A stretch of 64,000 nt of DNA, from positions 174,144,629 to 174,208,628 of the forward strand of contig NC_058133.1 of NCBI RefSeq assembly GCF_016433145.1, given 5' to 3'. The position numbers and the translations under genes were made by a program. Under the pieces are notes generated by a model. It was not told where the DNA came from and did not search any database. It worked only from the letters and a program-made list of their open reading frames with translations. This document shows positions 35,571 to 48,578 of the stretch, piece by piece. The DNA is from Gracilinanus agilis. Its lineage: Eukaryota. The stretch's first letter is position 1; every line of letters starts with the position of its first letter.

Positions 35571-38500
35571 AACTTAATGCTATCCACAGTGCCATCCTTA
35601 TCACCAGCCTCATTTGATCCATATTATTTAAACACAGTTTTGGATATTTTAAGGGAGCAGTGATCCTGCATTAATAATTTCAGGTCTCAATGTTAATACT
35701 TCCAGATGCCAAGTAATAAACAGAGTTATTTTTGGCAACGTTTAAATTTGTTTGATTTCTAGTGGGTATTTTATCACTATAAAACTGCTTATTTGGAATA
35801 CATAAAAATCACTTCAAACAATCTGGCATCAGTTGAACTTGATTTCTGGTTTCAAATTGTGTACCCCCAAAGGCTCACTGAAGATCTCTTGACATTCATA
35901 ATCTTTAAGTGATATATGCTAAGCCACTGCCTGAAGAGGTATGAGACGTGACCTAGTTTTGTTGGCTTAACTAATTAGTGCTTTTTTCATTACCACCAAA
36001 ACAAAAGTATAGGCACTTTCTGCTGCCTGGCACAGATGCCATCATAGTTGTAGGGATATATTGATAGAGTTCAGAGCCCTAGTCTTTATGAGATCATAGA
36101 TTATTAGTGATAGAAATTACTCCATTTATGCAGAAGTCGTATAAATCCTTGAGAGATAAAGTAGCCAACATCCTATATCTACTTAATGGTAGAGTTGAGA
36201 CCAGAATCCAGGTTTCTTGTTTCCAAATTCAGTATTCTTTCAACCTCATCCTGCTGCCTCAAGTCCTTTGCTTCATATCAGGAAGAAGTTACCTATCTAT
36301 TTATAATCCAGATCATGCTTTCATTTCAGTATAAATATCAACCATTCCACCATGAACTCTATTTTAAAATGCACCCAACTGTCTTAGACTTTGTTTTGTG
36401 GACTGACCTAATTGACAGGTAATCAGAAAGCTCGATTTGTGCCTGAAGTTAGCCATTCATTCCATGGCCCATTTTGTTTAATTTGTTTTCTCATATGGTT
36501 TCTGGTGGGAAAAAAATACATTGCTTTGGTACTGAAATTAACTTGATTGAAATGCCTTAGACTTTGTCATTTTCCAGTGGCTCAAGAGGTTATTTCCCAA
36601 GTGTTTAATTTTTTAAGTACAGTATATTTTAATTTAACTGCTACTTTCTGACATTCATCATTCCATGAAAAATGAGCCCAGCTGAATATGTGGAGAACTG
36701 GTTTGTCTTTGTGCACCAATCTCCAGGCATTACAGCAAAAGTTAGCTTCTAAAATAGTACACAGATTTGATAAAGATGAGGTTTGTAGACAGTGGCTTAC
36801 TGGCAAATGTTTTACAATTGGCCTTATGGGGTGGAATATACAAAACATTTTAAAGTTTAATTTTCATTACTAATATTTTCTCCATTACTTTCTCAAGGCT
36901 AGACAATCAACAAAACAATAAGTCAAAGCCTGATTTGTAGCATTTGCTATTTCCAAGGTGTAAATACTCACACTGAAAATTTAATATATGGCAGTACTGA
37001 GTAGTTCAAGCTGACTCCAGTATCCCGGATCGTAGTTTACCCTTCTGCCATTCATCGATTTGCTAAGTAGAATTTTCAGATTTTCTCTTTCTCTTACAGA
37101 CTGCTCTATAATCTTTCTGTCTTGCTGGAGGAAACACTTAAAGAGTAAATGTAACCTACAGGAACTGTGCAGTCATAATTAATAAATGGAGAAATCACTT
37201 CTCGTGCAGATATTGTTTGGAATAGTTGTCTTTAAAGGTCTTTGAGTCAGGAATATCAGCCATGAGAAAAAAGGTTGGTGTTGGACTTTTAGAGTTTTGT
37301 TTAACATGTTACAGTTTACGCTTATGAGATAAAGAGTGGTCATGAACTAGAATGTTCTTTGTCCTTTCCATTATCCTTGACTCCCATGAAACTCCCCAGG
37401 GTAATCACTGGTGATGACCAATACTACCTACCTCTGAATGCAAAGCTGACCACATACCAATTACTTTCTTGCATGACCACAACTGTTCTTGACTAGAGCA
37501 GATGTTTCTCCTTTGGGGCCTAGCCAGAAAACGTTATTAAGCAATTCAACATCAAGAACTCCAGGCTCTACCTGATGAGCAATGTATTACCTTAGATATG
37601 TTGCACAGTAAGGCCAGTCTTCTCATATCCTCCAACCACTATGTGGTATCTTCTCCAAAGAGTTCATATTTTAAGCCACAGTTGCTATGAACAGAAGCAT
37701 ACTTGCCCCAAGTTCATTATACACCTACTTGCTTTTCCCAATGAAAATGGCAGTCAAAGATTGACCATGCTTTGTTCCCTGTGCAATTTGCTACTTATAT
37801 ATTTCAAGAATTAAGAAGAATGTCATTTTGTAATGACCCCTTTTCTATCAGGTGATGGTTAGCATAGAAGAAAACTACTAAACTTTATGAGATTTAATTA
37901 GGTCATTGAATTTTTCTGGACCTTTTTGGTCCAGAAATGTTAAGTTGGGATTCTCTTCTGAATTTGCTTTCTCTTCTGAGGATAAGTTGAATCCTTTCCC
38001 CTAGAAAGGCTACAGAGGTCTTTATCCCAATGGCTATAATCTTGACCTCAATCAAAAATATATTAATTTTTAGGATGATTGAGAGGCAGTATGGTGTGAT
38101 AAAAAAGAACATTGTGGATTTCACATCAGGAAAGGCAAGCTTTATCTTATACTTCCCATATTTGCTAGCTGTGGGACCATGGGCATTTAATCTCTATAAG
38201 TCTTAGTTTCCTCATTTGTAAAATAAAAATAATATACCTGTAGTTCCTTCCAGTTATGGTGGTTGCGAGGCTCCAAAGAGATAATGTGATTAATGCACTT
38301 CACAAACATTACAATGTTATGCAAATTCAGCTGTTGTTATTATGTAACACATCCCACTCAACTCTGGAATCACATGTTACTTGGGCTCTGTATATAATAT
38401 TTTGGATAATCATTCCATTATGCCTCTACCCCCCTCCCCATCCCAGAACACCAAAGGAACCTCTCCAGAATCTCAGGTTTTAGCAATCCAGTGGCTACTC

Positions 38501-39663
38501 TGCTTACAGGCCAGGGAGGAACCATAAATCTTGTAGCAAAGTATTTAATTAAGACAAAATTGTAAAGTAAGTAACATGGAAAAGGCAAAAATTGGAAACA
38601 TTTCTCTGTCACCCATTACAAATGACTATAGCCTCCTATGTATAGTGTGTGTATAAATTCATACACTAGTGGAAAAGGGTTTAGACAATGACATATAATT
38701 TATGTTACAAGTGGAAGAATGCTTGTCTTAGTATCATGACACCATGTCTTTTTCTACTCCTGGCAATCGGCATGAGTGTTTGCAGAAGCCTGAAGTGTAG
38801 ACATTTGCTTGTTCTATGGAGTCACCAGGATTCTGTTGGAGTTCAGGGTTATCATGGCCGTCTCTTTTGTCCTCTCACTCATGCCAACCACAGCCCTGGC
38901 TCACTACTTTTTCTCATGCTAGCACACTTTGTCCTATTCTTTCCATTTTCCAAATCCTTCTGCCTCTTAAAGTCTTGCTTCAGTCAGAGTCTGTGCCTCA
39001 AAACACTTCACCCTGTTTCCAGATAGAGTCTGATGGGAATTAGAAGTCTATGAATTCCTCTGAATAAATTCTCTAGACCTATGGATCATGGCAAATGAAG
39101 TCTCCCAGCTGTCCCTACTCTAAATGACTAATTGTTTTTATATCTGCTTCCATCTTTCAGTTGGATTGTAATCAGCTTCCTTCTGTCTCTGCTTCCCAGT
39201 ATGTCAAGAGGTCAAAAGATGTTTGTCCTTTTAAATAGAATCCTATAGGTTCAGACTCCCCTAGAGAAGGGAGGCCTATCAGGGTAATAGTTTGTATAAA
39301 GATAGTGGTAGTGAAGGAATTAACATAAAATCATAGGATTCGGGTCTGGAAAAGATGTTAGCTGTCACCTAGTACACTTTCATTTTTACAAATGAAGAAG
39401 CTGAGGTATAGAAAGGCTAAGAAACTTGACCAGGGTCACCCAGATACTACATAACAATTCCTAACCATAACAGACTTTGTATGGGAACCTATTGACTGGT
39501 TAGTGGTACAAATACCTGAGTACTCCTTCTTCTGGGATGTAATCATGGGAATTTATCCAGCTTTCTATGTAATAGGTCCTGATTACTTCATCTGTGGAGA
39601 CTCCAAACATGTCCTCATTTAATCATCTCCTAATTCATAATGTTCTGCAAAACCCATTAAAAA

Positions 39664-40082
39664 AAATCCTTACCTTCTGTTTTAAAAACAATACTAAGGG
39701 GGCAGCTGGGTAGCTCAGTGGATTGAGAGCCAAGCTTAGAGACGGGAGGTCCTAGGTTCAAATCTGGCCTCAGACACTTCCCAGCTTTGTGACCCTGGGC
39801 AAGTCATTTGACCCTTATTTCCTAGACCTTACCACTCTTCTGCCTTGGAGCCAGTACACAGTATTGACTCTAAGATGGAAGGTAAGGATTTAAAAAAATA
39901 AAATCAGTAAAATCAATAAAATCAAATCAAAAGTAAGTATTGATTCCAAGGCAGAAGAGTAGTAAGGGCCAGGAAATGGGGATCAAATGACTTGCCCAGG
40001 GTTGGGTAGCTAGGAGGTATCTGAGCTCAGATTTGAACCCAGGACCTTTTTTTCCAAGCCTGGTTCTTACTACCTAACTGTC
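39664..40082 (-). mobile_element. SINE1_Mdo-like SINE interrupted by a second SINE
   Basis: aaatccttaccttctgttttaaaaacaatactaag (39664-39698) resumes as taagtattgattccaaggcagaagag at about 39934. Confidence 0.8.
39698..39935 (+). mobile_element. Young SINE1_Mdo-like SINE nested in an antisense SINE
   Basis: Near-consensus ggggcagctgggtagctcagtggattgagagcc...ggagccagtacacagtattgactctaagatggaagg with an (AAAATC)n-like tail. Confidence 0.92.
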
Positions 40083-41544
40083 CTTAAAACACATTTTTAA
40101 ATATTTGACTTAGAAAAATATATGACTTATCAGTGTGCTCCATTTTGGTGTTATCTGTATTACCTTCACCAACAGAAGAGACAAAAATGAGATCACTAGA
40201 GTAATATCTACACAGAATGTCCTTTTTTTTTCCAAGTTGATTTAGCCTAAGCCAAGCTTTTAGCTTAAGACTCTACATGTCAGTGCCCCAGACTTGAGTC
40301 TTCCATGAATTAGGATGAGAAAAATTAGCCTGCATCCCCTAAAGGCTCAGCTACTAGTACAAAAGGTCAGGAAACACACCCAATAACTGCATGTCACTAA
40401 AATTTTAAAGGGGGAAATATTTCATTAACAAAAAAGCATGTCATGAGTCTCAATGTAAGACCATCGTCCAAAGATAGAGTTTTGTGAAAAGTTTAAGAAA
40501 ACTTAGATTGGAAGTTTTGCCTACTTTTAAAGAAAAATTGTCTTTATTTTAGAGGTCTTTAAATGTCCCCCATAAAAAGTTTTGTAGAAGTAGTTGCAAA
40601 ACACTAGAGTTTCTACTGCCAGAGGCAGTCACTGGCCTCCCTGGGCCCCAGGAAGTAAATAAATTTGTGTGACATTTTTAGGAAGTCATCCCCCACCCCC
40701 TGCCCCTCAAAAAAGTTCATTTTATCTAAAACTAGAGAGTCTGTGCCTTTTGGATCATATCATGGAATATGATAAAGTGAAGATGAGATAAGGTTTTTGA
40801 ACTCTAGATTTCATGTGGATACTTTACCTCAATGAAGAAGATGGTGATTTGTCCACCTGAGTCAGGAAGCAATGCTGCTGCATTCTCTCACAGCTATGAG
40901 CTAGTCAGAGTTGCCCAGAGAGTGCTCCTTTGAATAACAGCCTCAATTGTAAGACTCAAAGAAAGGTTATAAAACTAATCATTCATGTTTACATTAGAAA
41001 ATTCGGGGTGGGGGGGTTGGGGGGGTGGAGTTCAAATCAGGCCTCAGATACTTCCTACCTGTGTCCCTAGGCAAGTTACTTAATCCAAATTGCCTAATCC
41101 TTACTACTTTTCTGCCCTGGGACCAATACTTAGTATTTATTCTAGGAAAGGGAAGGGAAGGGAAGGAAAAAAGAAAAGGAAAGGGAAAAGAAGAAAAGAA
41201 GAAAATCCCAGGACACAAGAACATTTTCTTTGAGTGTGGACACAGCTTTAATAAATTGTACACTCTCAAGCTGATGGAAAATTTTTATTTCCTGATTGTC
41301 TTACTAAGTTCAAATGCTGTATGACCTCAGTTTTCCCAGTCCATTTATCTTTCCTATCATATGTATGGTGTGAAAACTTATCAAACTAAGAAGGGTAAAG
41401 TTGAGGAGACATAGTTGAGGGAGAAATCCTATTTTAAAATACAAGTACTGATTATTCTGAAGACAAAAAGGAGATGTAAAAGCTCACTTATTGTGTGAGA
41501 ACTCTCATACCCCAAAAGAAAGTTTCTGTGGGACATTTTCTTTT

Positions 41545-42300
41545 TTTTTTAATATTTTTTTTTTAGAAAAATTTTCCATGGTTACATGATTCTTGTTTTT
41601 ATTTTCCCCTTTACCCCACCCCCATATTCAACGTGCATTTCCACCGGTTTTAACATGTGTGATCAATCAGGACTTATTTATATATTATTGATAGTTGCAT
41701 TGGTGTGGTCTTTTAGTGTCTACATCCCCAACCATGCCCGCATCAACCCATGTGTTCAAGTGGTTGCTTTTCTTCTGTGTTTCCACTCCTGCAGTTCTTC
41801 CTCTGAATGTGAGGAGCATCCTTTTCCATAAATCCCTCAGAATTGTCCTGGGTCATTGCATTGCTGCTAATACAAAAGTCCATTACATTTGATTTTACCA
41901 CAGTGTATCAGTCTCTGTATACAATGTTCTTCTGGCTCTGCTCCTTTCACTCTGCATCAATTTCTGGAGGTCTCTCCAGTTCACATGGAATTCCTCCAGT
42001 TTATTATTCCTTTGAGCACAATAGTATTCCATCACCAACATATACCACAATTTGTTTAGTCATTCCCCAATTGAAGGGCGTCCCTTCGTTTTCCAGTTTT
42101 TTGCCACCACAAAAAGCACAGCTATAAATATTTTTGTAAAGTCTGTTTATCTATGATCTCTTTGGGGTACAAACCCAGCAATGCCATGGCTGGATTGAAG
42201 GGCAGGCAGTCTTTTAGAGCTCTTTGGGCATAGTTCCAAATTGCCATCCAGAATAGTTGGATCAATTCACAACTCCACCAGCAATGCATTAATGTCTGTG
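41545..42300 (-). mobile_element. L1 3' end (ORF2 C-terminus and 3'UTR), opossum-type
   Basis: T tail, aaattttccatggttacatgattc...; ORF 42122..42490 ends MHCWWSCELIQLFWMAIWNYAQRALKDCLPFNPAMALLGLYPKE, matching the L1 ORF2 C-terminal HCWW...W...P.DP...LLG.YPKE motif. Confidence 0.92.
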
Positions 42301-42382
42301 GGACATTTTCTAAATGCATAATGGGGGTAAGGTTGAAGAAGTAGCTGTTTTTAATGAAAAATTTCATTAGAAACTCTAGTTT

Positions 42383-42590
42383 TGGGGCAGCTAAGTGGCT
42401 CAGGGGAGAGAGAATCAGGACTGGAGGGGATGTCCTGGGTTCAAATCTGGCCTTAGACACTAACTTCCTTTGTGACCTTGGGCAAGTCACTTAACCCAAA
42501 TTGCCCAACCCTTACCATTCTTCTGCCTTGAAACTGATACTTAGTATTGATTCTAAGATAGAAGGCAAGGATTTGAAAAGAAAGAAATTC
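42383..42590 (+). mobile_element. Marsupial tRNA-derived SINE
   Basis: ggggcagctaagtggctcagg...gatacttagtattgattctaagatagaaggcaagg. Confidence 0.85.
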
Positions 42591-43173
42591 TAGCTTTAAC
42601 TGAGGACAGTTCTGAACTGTAGAAGACTGTAATGTCCAGCAAGATGTGGAAATATTGGGGTGGTGTCAGAGGCATCATAGGACACATTTGAATTAAGAAA
42701 AATAATTCTCTCTAAAGAGAAATTGACATTCAAGGAACAGTGCCTCCTACTTTGTAAAACTGAAGAGTAAAAGGCTTATCTCACCTAATATCATGAATTA
42801 GCCCCATGTGATACACATTATGTAAAACAATAATACAAGGGGCAGTTAGTTCTATCATAGGAAGTTATGTTCCTGGGTGGCCAAAATTTGAACTAATAAA
42901 GCCTAAAATAGACCATCCCAAAGACTGGAAGTTATATAAGCTTTATAAGAGCAATAGGGAAGCAACATGGTGTTCTAAAAAGAACACTAGAATAGGAGTC
43001 AGTAAATCTAGATCCAGCTCCCCACTCTGTTGTTTGTTGCCTCAATGTCTCTGGGTTAGTTTCTTCATCTATTAAAATGAAAAGACTGGGCTAGGTGGCC
43101 AAAGGCCCCTTTCATCTCTAAATCCAGTGATTCTACTAACTTCCCCTCCCCAGCTTCTTCCAGAGTTTCTTAC

Positions 43174-43318
43174 CTCTATTATGGGTCAAGGATACCAGCG
43201 GAGACATGCCTTTACCCATTTACTCTGCCTTAGGTCCCTCCACGGGCGGCAGATCTACTTGCAGCCTCTTTGTGTCCTCACAATTTTGGTCTTTTCCCCA
43301 TACCTTCCTCCTCAGCCC
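43174..43318 (-). other. Candidate spliced exon (145 nt), probably 5'UTR or start-codon exon, or non-coding
   Basis: Acceptor gtcttcctctttcag|G and donor GAG|GTAAGA; unique sequence with retained CpGs; all three frames contain a stop, but ATG GGT AAA GGC ATG TCT... stays open to the donor. Confidence 0.3.
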
Positions 43319-44189
43319 CTGAAAGAGGAAGACATCAACTTCATTTTCTTCTCACCTAGAAGCTGGACCTGGAAGAGCCTATACAAGGCAAAAGGAAAGG
43401 GAAAATGGTAAACAAACAAATAAATAAAGGCCATCATCCCTTGTAATTAATAGTATGGTACATTGAAGAGATTCCTAATAGTGGCTTAGGTTCGAGTTTC
43501 TGTTTGATAACTAATTATTGAGTTACCTTGCACAAGATAACCTTTATGAATCTCAGTTTTTTCATTTGCAAAAAGCACTAAATTGTTATGCTTCTACTTC
43601 TTCTCTCACAAAGTTGTGGGATTCTTTGTAACCATACCTTTTTTTTAATGTAAGCTATTATTCCCTGCTCTATAGTGATTGATATGAGAATAAAGGCTCC
43701 AGAGTCCAGCCCTCCCCCATGAGAGGGTACAAAAGATTCTTATATCAAGGGGCCAGCTTTATATTGGATTTCCATCATAGGAAATTCCCATTAGGATGTG
43801 GAGATGAGGGTGGAGGGAATAGTTACAATATACTAAAAAGTCTATTGCAGAGTGATACTGATAATGATAACACATGTGGAATATGCCTGTCTTTTTCCAG
43901 TTTTGCACCAGTGTTTCCCTGACATTGCTATTGACATTTCTTGGCTAACCATAGGTTTTTCTATATCAGGGAACTCCTTTTGGGTCTGGTCTTTTGTGAT
44001 GCTAGATGCCAGTGGGAATAATAAGTGAAATTAACAGACCACCTTGTGACCCAGTAAATATGAGTTCTAAGGTTTCCTTACTGTTTATAAGTCATATTAA
44101 CATAGATCACCCTGGCTCTATCTCTCTAGACTAATAAAAGCATTTCAAACATACAACTTAGGTGCCACCTCCCACAAGATTGGGATGTT

Positions 44190-44390
44190 AGCTGGTGCAG
44201 TTGATAAAGGCCTAGACCTGGAGTCAGGAGTTCAAATCCAGCTTTAGATGCTTATTAGCTATGTGACACTGGACAAATCACTTAAGTTCAGTCTGCCTCA
44301 GTTTCTTCACCTATAAAATGGGGATAATAATAACACCTATCTCCCCAGAGTTGTTGTGAGAATCAAATGAAATACCTTAGTATGGTGCCT
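44190..44390 (+). mobile_element. MIR
   Basis: gagttcaaatccagctttagatgcttattagctatgtgac...ctcagtttcttcacctataaaatgggataataataacacct. Confidence 0.8.
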
Positions 44391-44769
44391 CACACAGGTA
44401 GTGTTTATAGTGTTGTTCCCTCCCTCTAGAAATCACTTCTTATAATTTTGTTTATACTCATATGTGAGTAACTAGAGTACCAGGAGAAAAGCATTGATTC
44501 CAGTCTCAAAGAACCTGGTTTCAGTTCTACTTGAGATATTTATTCCCTATGTGATCTTGGACAAGCCACCCAACTTTTATTGGACTCAGTTTCTTCATCT
44601 ATAAAATGAAGATGTTAGCCTTAAGTCCCATCTAGTTCTCTGATCCTGTGTTCTATTTCTTCAGCTGAATATAAGCTTTTAAAAGGTGAGAACCATTTCT
44701 TTTTTTGTCTTTGTATGCTCAGAGCAACCAACAAAGTGCATGATACATAGTAGGAACTTGTTGAATGAA

Positions 44770-44990
44770 TTGAACTTGACTTGTCTTCAAAGTGGGAACC
44801 AGAGCCAATCTCAAGAAGTTATCCCAGTGCAACTATCAATAATATGGAAATAGGTCTTGATCAATGATCAAGTGGATCAGTGGAATTGCATGTCAGCTAC
44901 GGGGAGGGTGGAGGGATGTGGGGGGGAGGGAAAGAATATGAATCATGTAACCATGGAAAAATATTCAAAATAATTGATTGATTGATTGAT
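44770..44990 (+). mobile_element. Short 5'-truncated L1 3' end
   Basis: aactatcaataatatggaaataggtcttgatcaatga...atgaatcatgtaaccatggaaaaatattc. Confidence 0.85.
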
Positions 44991-45029
44991 TAATTAATTA
45001 GTTTGTGGGGGGAGAAGAAGTTATGTGAT

Positions 45030-45275
45030 CAGGAGCAGCTATATGTCTCATCGGATAGAGTCCCAGGCCTGGAGCTGGAAAGATCTGGGTTCAAATCTGG
45101 CCTCAGACACTTCCTAGTTGTATTGGACATGTTGCTTCTGCAATTGTCCAACCCCTGATGCTCTTCTCTAATGGAATCAATACTTGATATTCATCCTAAG
45201 ACAAACAGTAAGGGGAAAGAAAGAAAGAGGAAGGAAGGAAGGAAGGAAGGAAGGAAGGAAGGAAGGAAGGAAGGA
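45030..45275 (+). mobile_element. SINE whose tail has become a (GGAA)n microsatellite
   Basis: ggagcagctatatgtctcatcggatagagtcccagg...; GGAA repeats at about 45231-45275. Confidence 0.8.
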
Positions 45276-46417
45276 ATCAAACAGTTGGTGAATGGGAAAA
45301 TGAGCCATAGATGTGGGCCTATTTCCAACATAGATTTGCTTCTCTCTTCATCCATGATACCCCTACCGTACTTCACTTTTCCCTTTCTCAAATACATGAC
45401 TACAGCCAGACTTGGCTTCTCAGAATAGTTACAATCTAAAACCCACACACTCCTAGCAACTGTCCGAGCAAAATTCCCCAGCCTCCTTACTTGATCTCTC
45501 TGACCACTCATTGGCTACAGGCAGCCAAAGGGAAGGTTCTCTACTCTTAGGCTCTTCACAAAAGAGTGAGAAGCACAGAATGAGCAGAGAGAGATGGAGT
45601 GTGGTATGCACCAGAAGCTCCCCACCATCCTTCCAAGCCTCCCAGATTCTCCACCTCCTTGTTATCCTTTACTCATCTGATACTATTCTCTTCCAAGTCA
45701 TTAGGACAGGGACAGAGATGAGCCATCCTGGCTCAGGAAACTTCCTTTGCTAATATAGGCTGAGAACTTCTCTATAACTTAAAGTCAGAGATTCCTAAAA
45801 CATTGAAAAGGTTAAGTGAGTTACCCAGGATCACATAGCTAGTGCATGTCAGAGATGGGTCTTGAACCCAGGGCTTCCTGGTTTTGCATCTGCCTCTTTA
45901 ACCTCTGTGCCTGGCTGCCCTTCATAGTTGCCAGTAATCCCTTCATATAGATGGTCATTTCTCAGTCCTTATTCTTGTTTACCTCTGAAACCTTTAATAC
46001 TGTTCACTGTCTTCTTTTCCTGGATACTTACTTTCTTCTTTAGAATTGCTAAAAACTATGCAAATGTGTTGCCTACAAAAACTCTTACTTGTACTTTAGA
46101 AACTTAGAATTTTCTAACCTGTTTAAGAATCTTGCAGAGGAAGAGTTTTCCATTTTGTAGGAAGAACTGATTGACATCAGGGAAGATGGAAATGATGTAT
46201 TAACTGAATGGAAATGATAATTTTTTAAATCATTGGTGGATTGGATTAGAAAAAAAATGATTATTATGATTTAGTAAACTTAGCCAATGACACACACACT
46301 TCTTCCATTAGGCTAGACCTATTCATGGGAGGTATTTCATCAATGACACCCTTTCCAACCAAGTAATGAAACACATTGAAATTAGACCTGGGTTGGGTTT
46401 GAGGTAGGTAGGGAAGG

Positions 46418-46795
46418 AGTTACATAGCTAAGTAGTTCAGTGTATAGAGAGCCAGGCCTAGAGATGGGAAGTCCTGGGTTCAAATCTGGTCTCAGACACT
46501 TCCTAGCTGTGTGACCTTGGGTAAAGTCACTTAATCCCCATTGCCTAACCCATACCGATCTTCTTTCTGCCTTGGAACCAATACATAGTATTGATTTTAA
46601 GATGGTAGGTAAGGATTAAAAAAAAAATAGAGCTAGGGGCAGCTAGGTCTCATAGCACCAAATCTGAAGTCAGGAGGATCTAGATTCAAATCTTGCCTCA
46701 AATATCTCCTAGCTATGTAAACCTGTGCAGGTCACTGCCACTCTTCTGACTTAGGATTGATATTAAGTCAGAAGATAAAGATTAAAAAAAAAATG
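46418..46795 (+). mobile_element. Two tandem SINEs (about 46418-46628 and 46637-46795)
   Basis: Two head-core-tail units, each ending in an A run. Confidence 0.8.
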
Positions 46796-47369
46796 AATAT
46801 AGACCTAGACCTTCTAATCACCAAACCACAGTGTTAAGCCAAGATCATCAAAATTCATGAACCGTATTCAGTTGCTAAAAATAGTATTTTCTACCTTTAA
46901 TAAATAAACTGTTTTCCAAACATTATTTCATCTTTATCTTATCTTTTTTCATTTCCATTTTTCCTAAGTTGTATAATGTACACAGAGGCCGAACCTGTGA
47001 TTTCATTGATGCAAAACTCCCTAAGTAAGGAAACCTCTCCAACTAATGCATATGTCTGTCATTTGGCATCTTCCCTGAAACCCAACCTTAGAGATGCCTA
47101 TAGCACTGAGAAGAGATTTGCCCAGGGTCACACATCCAACATATATCAGAAAAAAGACCAGCTTTCTATAGACCTACTTAGATATAATTTATAAATAAGA
47201 TATGTATATAGCTTTATATCTATACACAGACATATATATGTATATGAGTATATGCTCAAATAAATTTTATTGATAGGAGAATAATATAAAAAATATTTAT
47301 AGTATGAAAGTGCTTTTCTTTTGTCACTGGCCCAGGAGGTCAGAGAGAACCATTATTATTAATAACATT

Positions 47370-47520
47370 AATAATCCTTACTTTCTGTCTTAGTAACAAC
47401 TCTAAGACAGGAGGGCAAGGGCTGGACAAAGCTAAAAAGTGTCTGAGGTCAGATTTGAATCCGAGTCCTCCCAACTCCAGGCCTGACGCCCTGTCCACTG
47501 AGCTGCCTAACTGCTCCAGA
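47370..47520 (-). mobile_element. Marsupial SINE
   Basis: ccttactttctgtcttag...gtgtctgaggtcagatttgaatcc...gtccactgagctgcctaactgctcc. Confidence 0.8.
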
Positions 47521-48218
47521 ACCACTATTATTTGTTATTAGCAGAGGTAGAAGACAGGAACAAGAATAGCTCCTCAGCTATTCTAATGGATTTGCCAAAG
47601 GGAACCTGAATCCTGGTGTGTCTATAGACTCTGTTCTCTGGGACCTTTGGGATGATGGCTAATATATCCACAGTTGAGAAGAATAGCAAGAGCCTCAGGT
47701 TTCCTGAGGTCATCCAGCTCTACTTTAAAAAAAAAAAATGCTTTAGTGCCAAGTTCCCAGTCCCATTGGGTTGTCAGACAAAGCCGCCCACTCCATCTTT
47801 GTTTATAGAACTCATTTTCAGAAACAAGTGTTTTATAGTGAGGTGAAGGTTGTAAAGAAACTGTTTATAATGAAGACCCTGAGCCTGGGAGCCTTATATC
47901 AGGCATGATCTGAAGGAGCCTTATAAGGGTGGCATTTTAAGAGAAAGGAGAGAAGAATAAGAGGGGGAGAAGAAACTAATAAAAATAGCTGAGATCACTC
48001 AACAGTTATCACGAAACAGATACTACAGGTTTATAACAGCAAGTCCTAAAAGTATACGCAGTCTTAAAAGGCAATTAAAACATATGCTCCAAAACTATAA
48101 AACATTTTCTTTTCATCTGCAATGTTGAGGGCAGATTACAACACATTATTAACGTTTTGTTTAGAGTTCAGTTTCTGATGGCTTCCAAATGCAGTCTGGG
48201 TAGATTAACCAGAAGGAG

Positions 48219-48350
48219 NNNNNNNNNNNNNNNNNNNNNNNNNNNNNNNNNNNNNNNNNNNNNNNNNNNNNNNNNNNNNNNNNNNNNNNNNNNNNNNNNN
48301 NNNNNNNNNNNNNNNNNNNNNNNNNNNNNNNNNNNNNNNNNNNNNNNNNN
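48219..48350. other. Assembly gap (132 N)
   Basis: Run of N. Confidence 1.
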
Positions 48351-48578
48351 AAGGCTTGGCCCGCATTCAGCCCCCCCAGTCCCAGCTCCTTGACCACACA
48401 GTACGTCAGGAACATGTCACAAGTCAGCCTGAAGGCTGGAGCACCGCCCACCGGCCAGCTTGGCACAGCCGTTTTCACATAACCCAGGACTCCAGAGGGC
48501 CGGAGGCAGGCATTCTGGGGCCACGGGAACATGCGAATTTTTTAAAATAGAAATAAAGAAGTTAAAAAAAAAAAAAAA
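48351..48578. other. GC/CpG-rich unique segment ending in AATAAA and A15: possible retrocopy 3' end (+) or exon with acceptor (-)
   Basis: About 8 CpG in 190 bp; AATAAA at 48552-48557; A run at 48564-48578; on the minus strand a T tract leads to ...gtggccccag|aatgcc. Confidence 0.35.
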
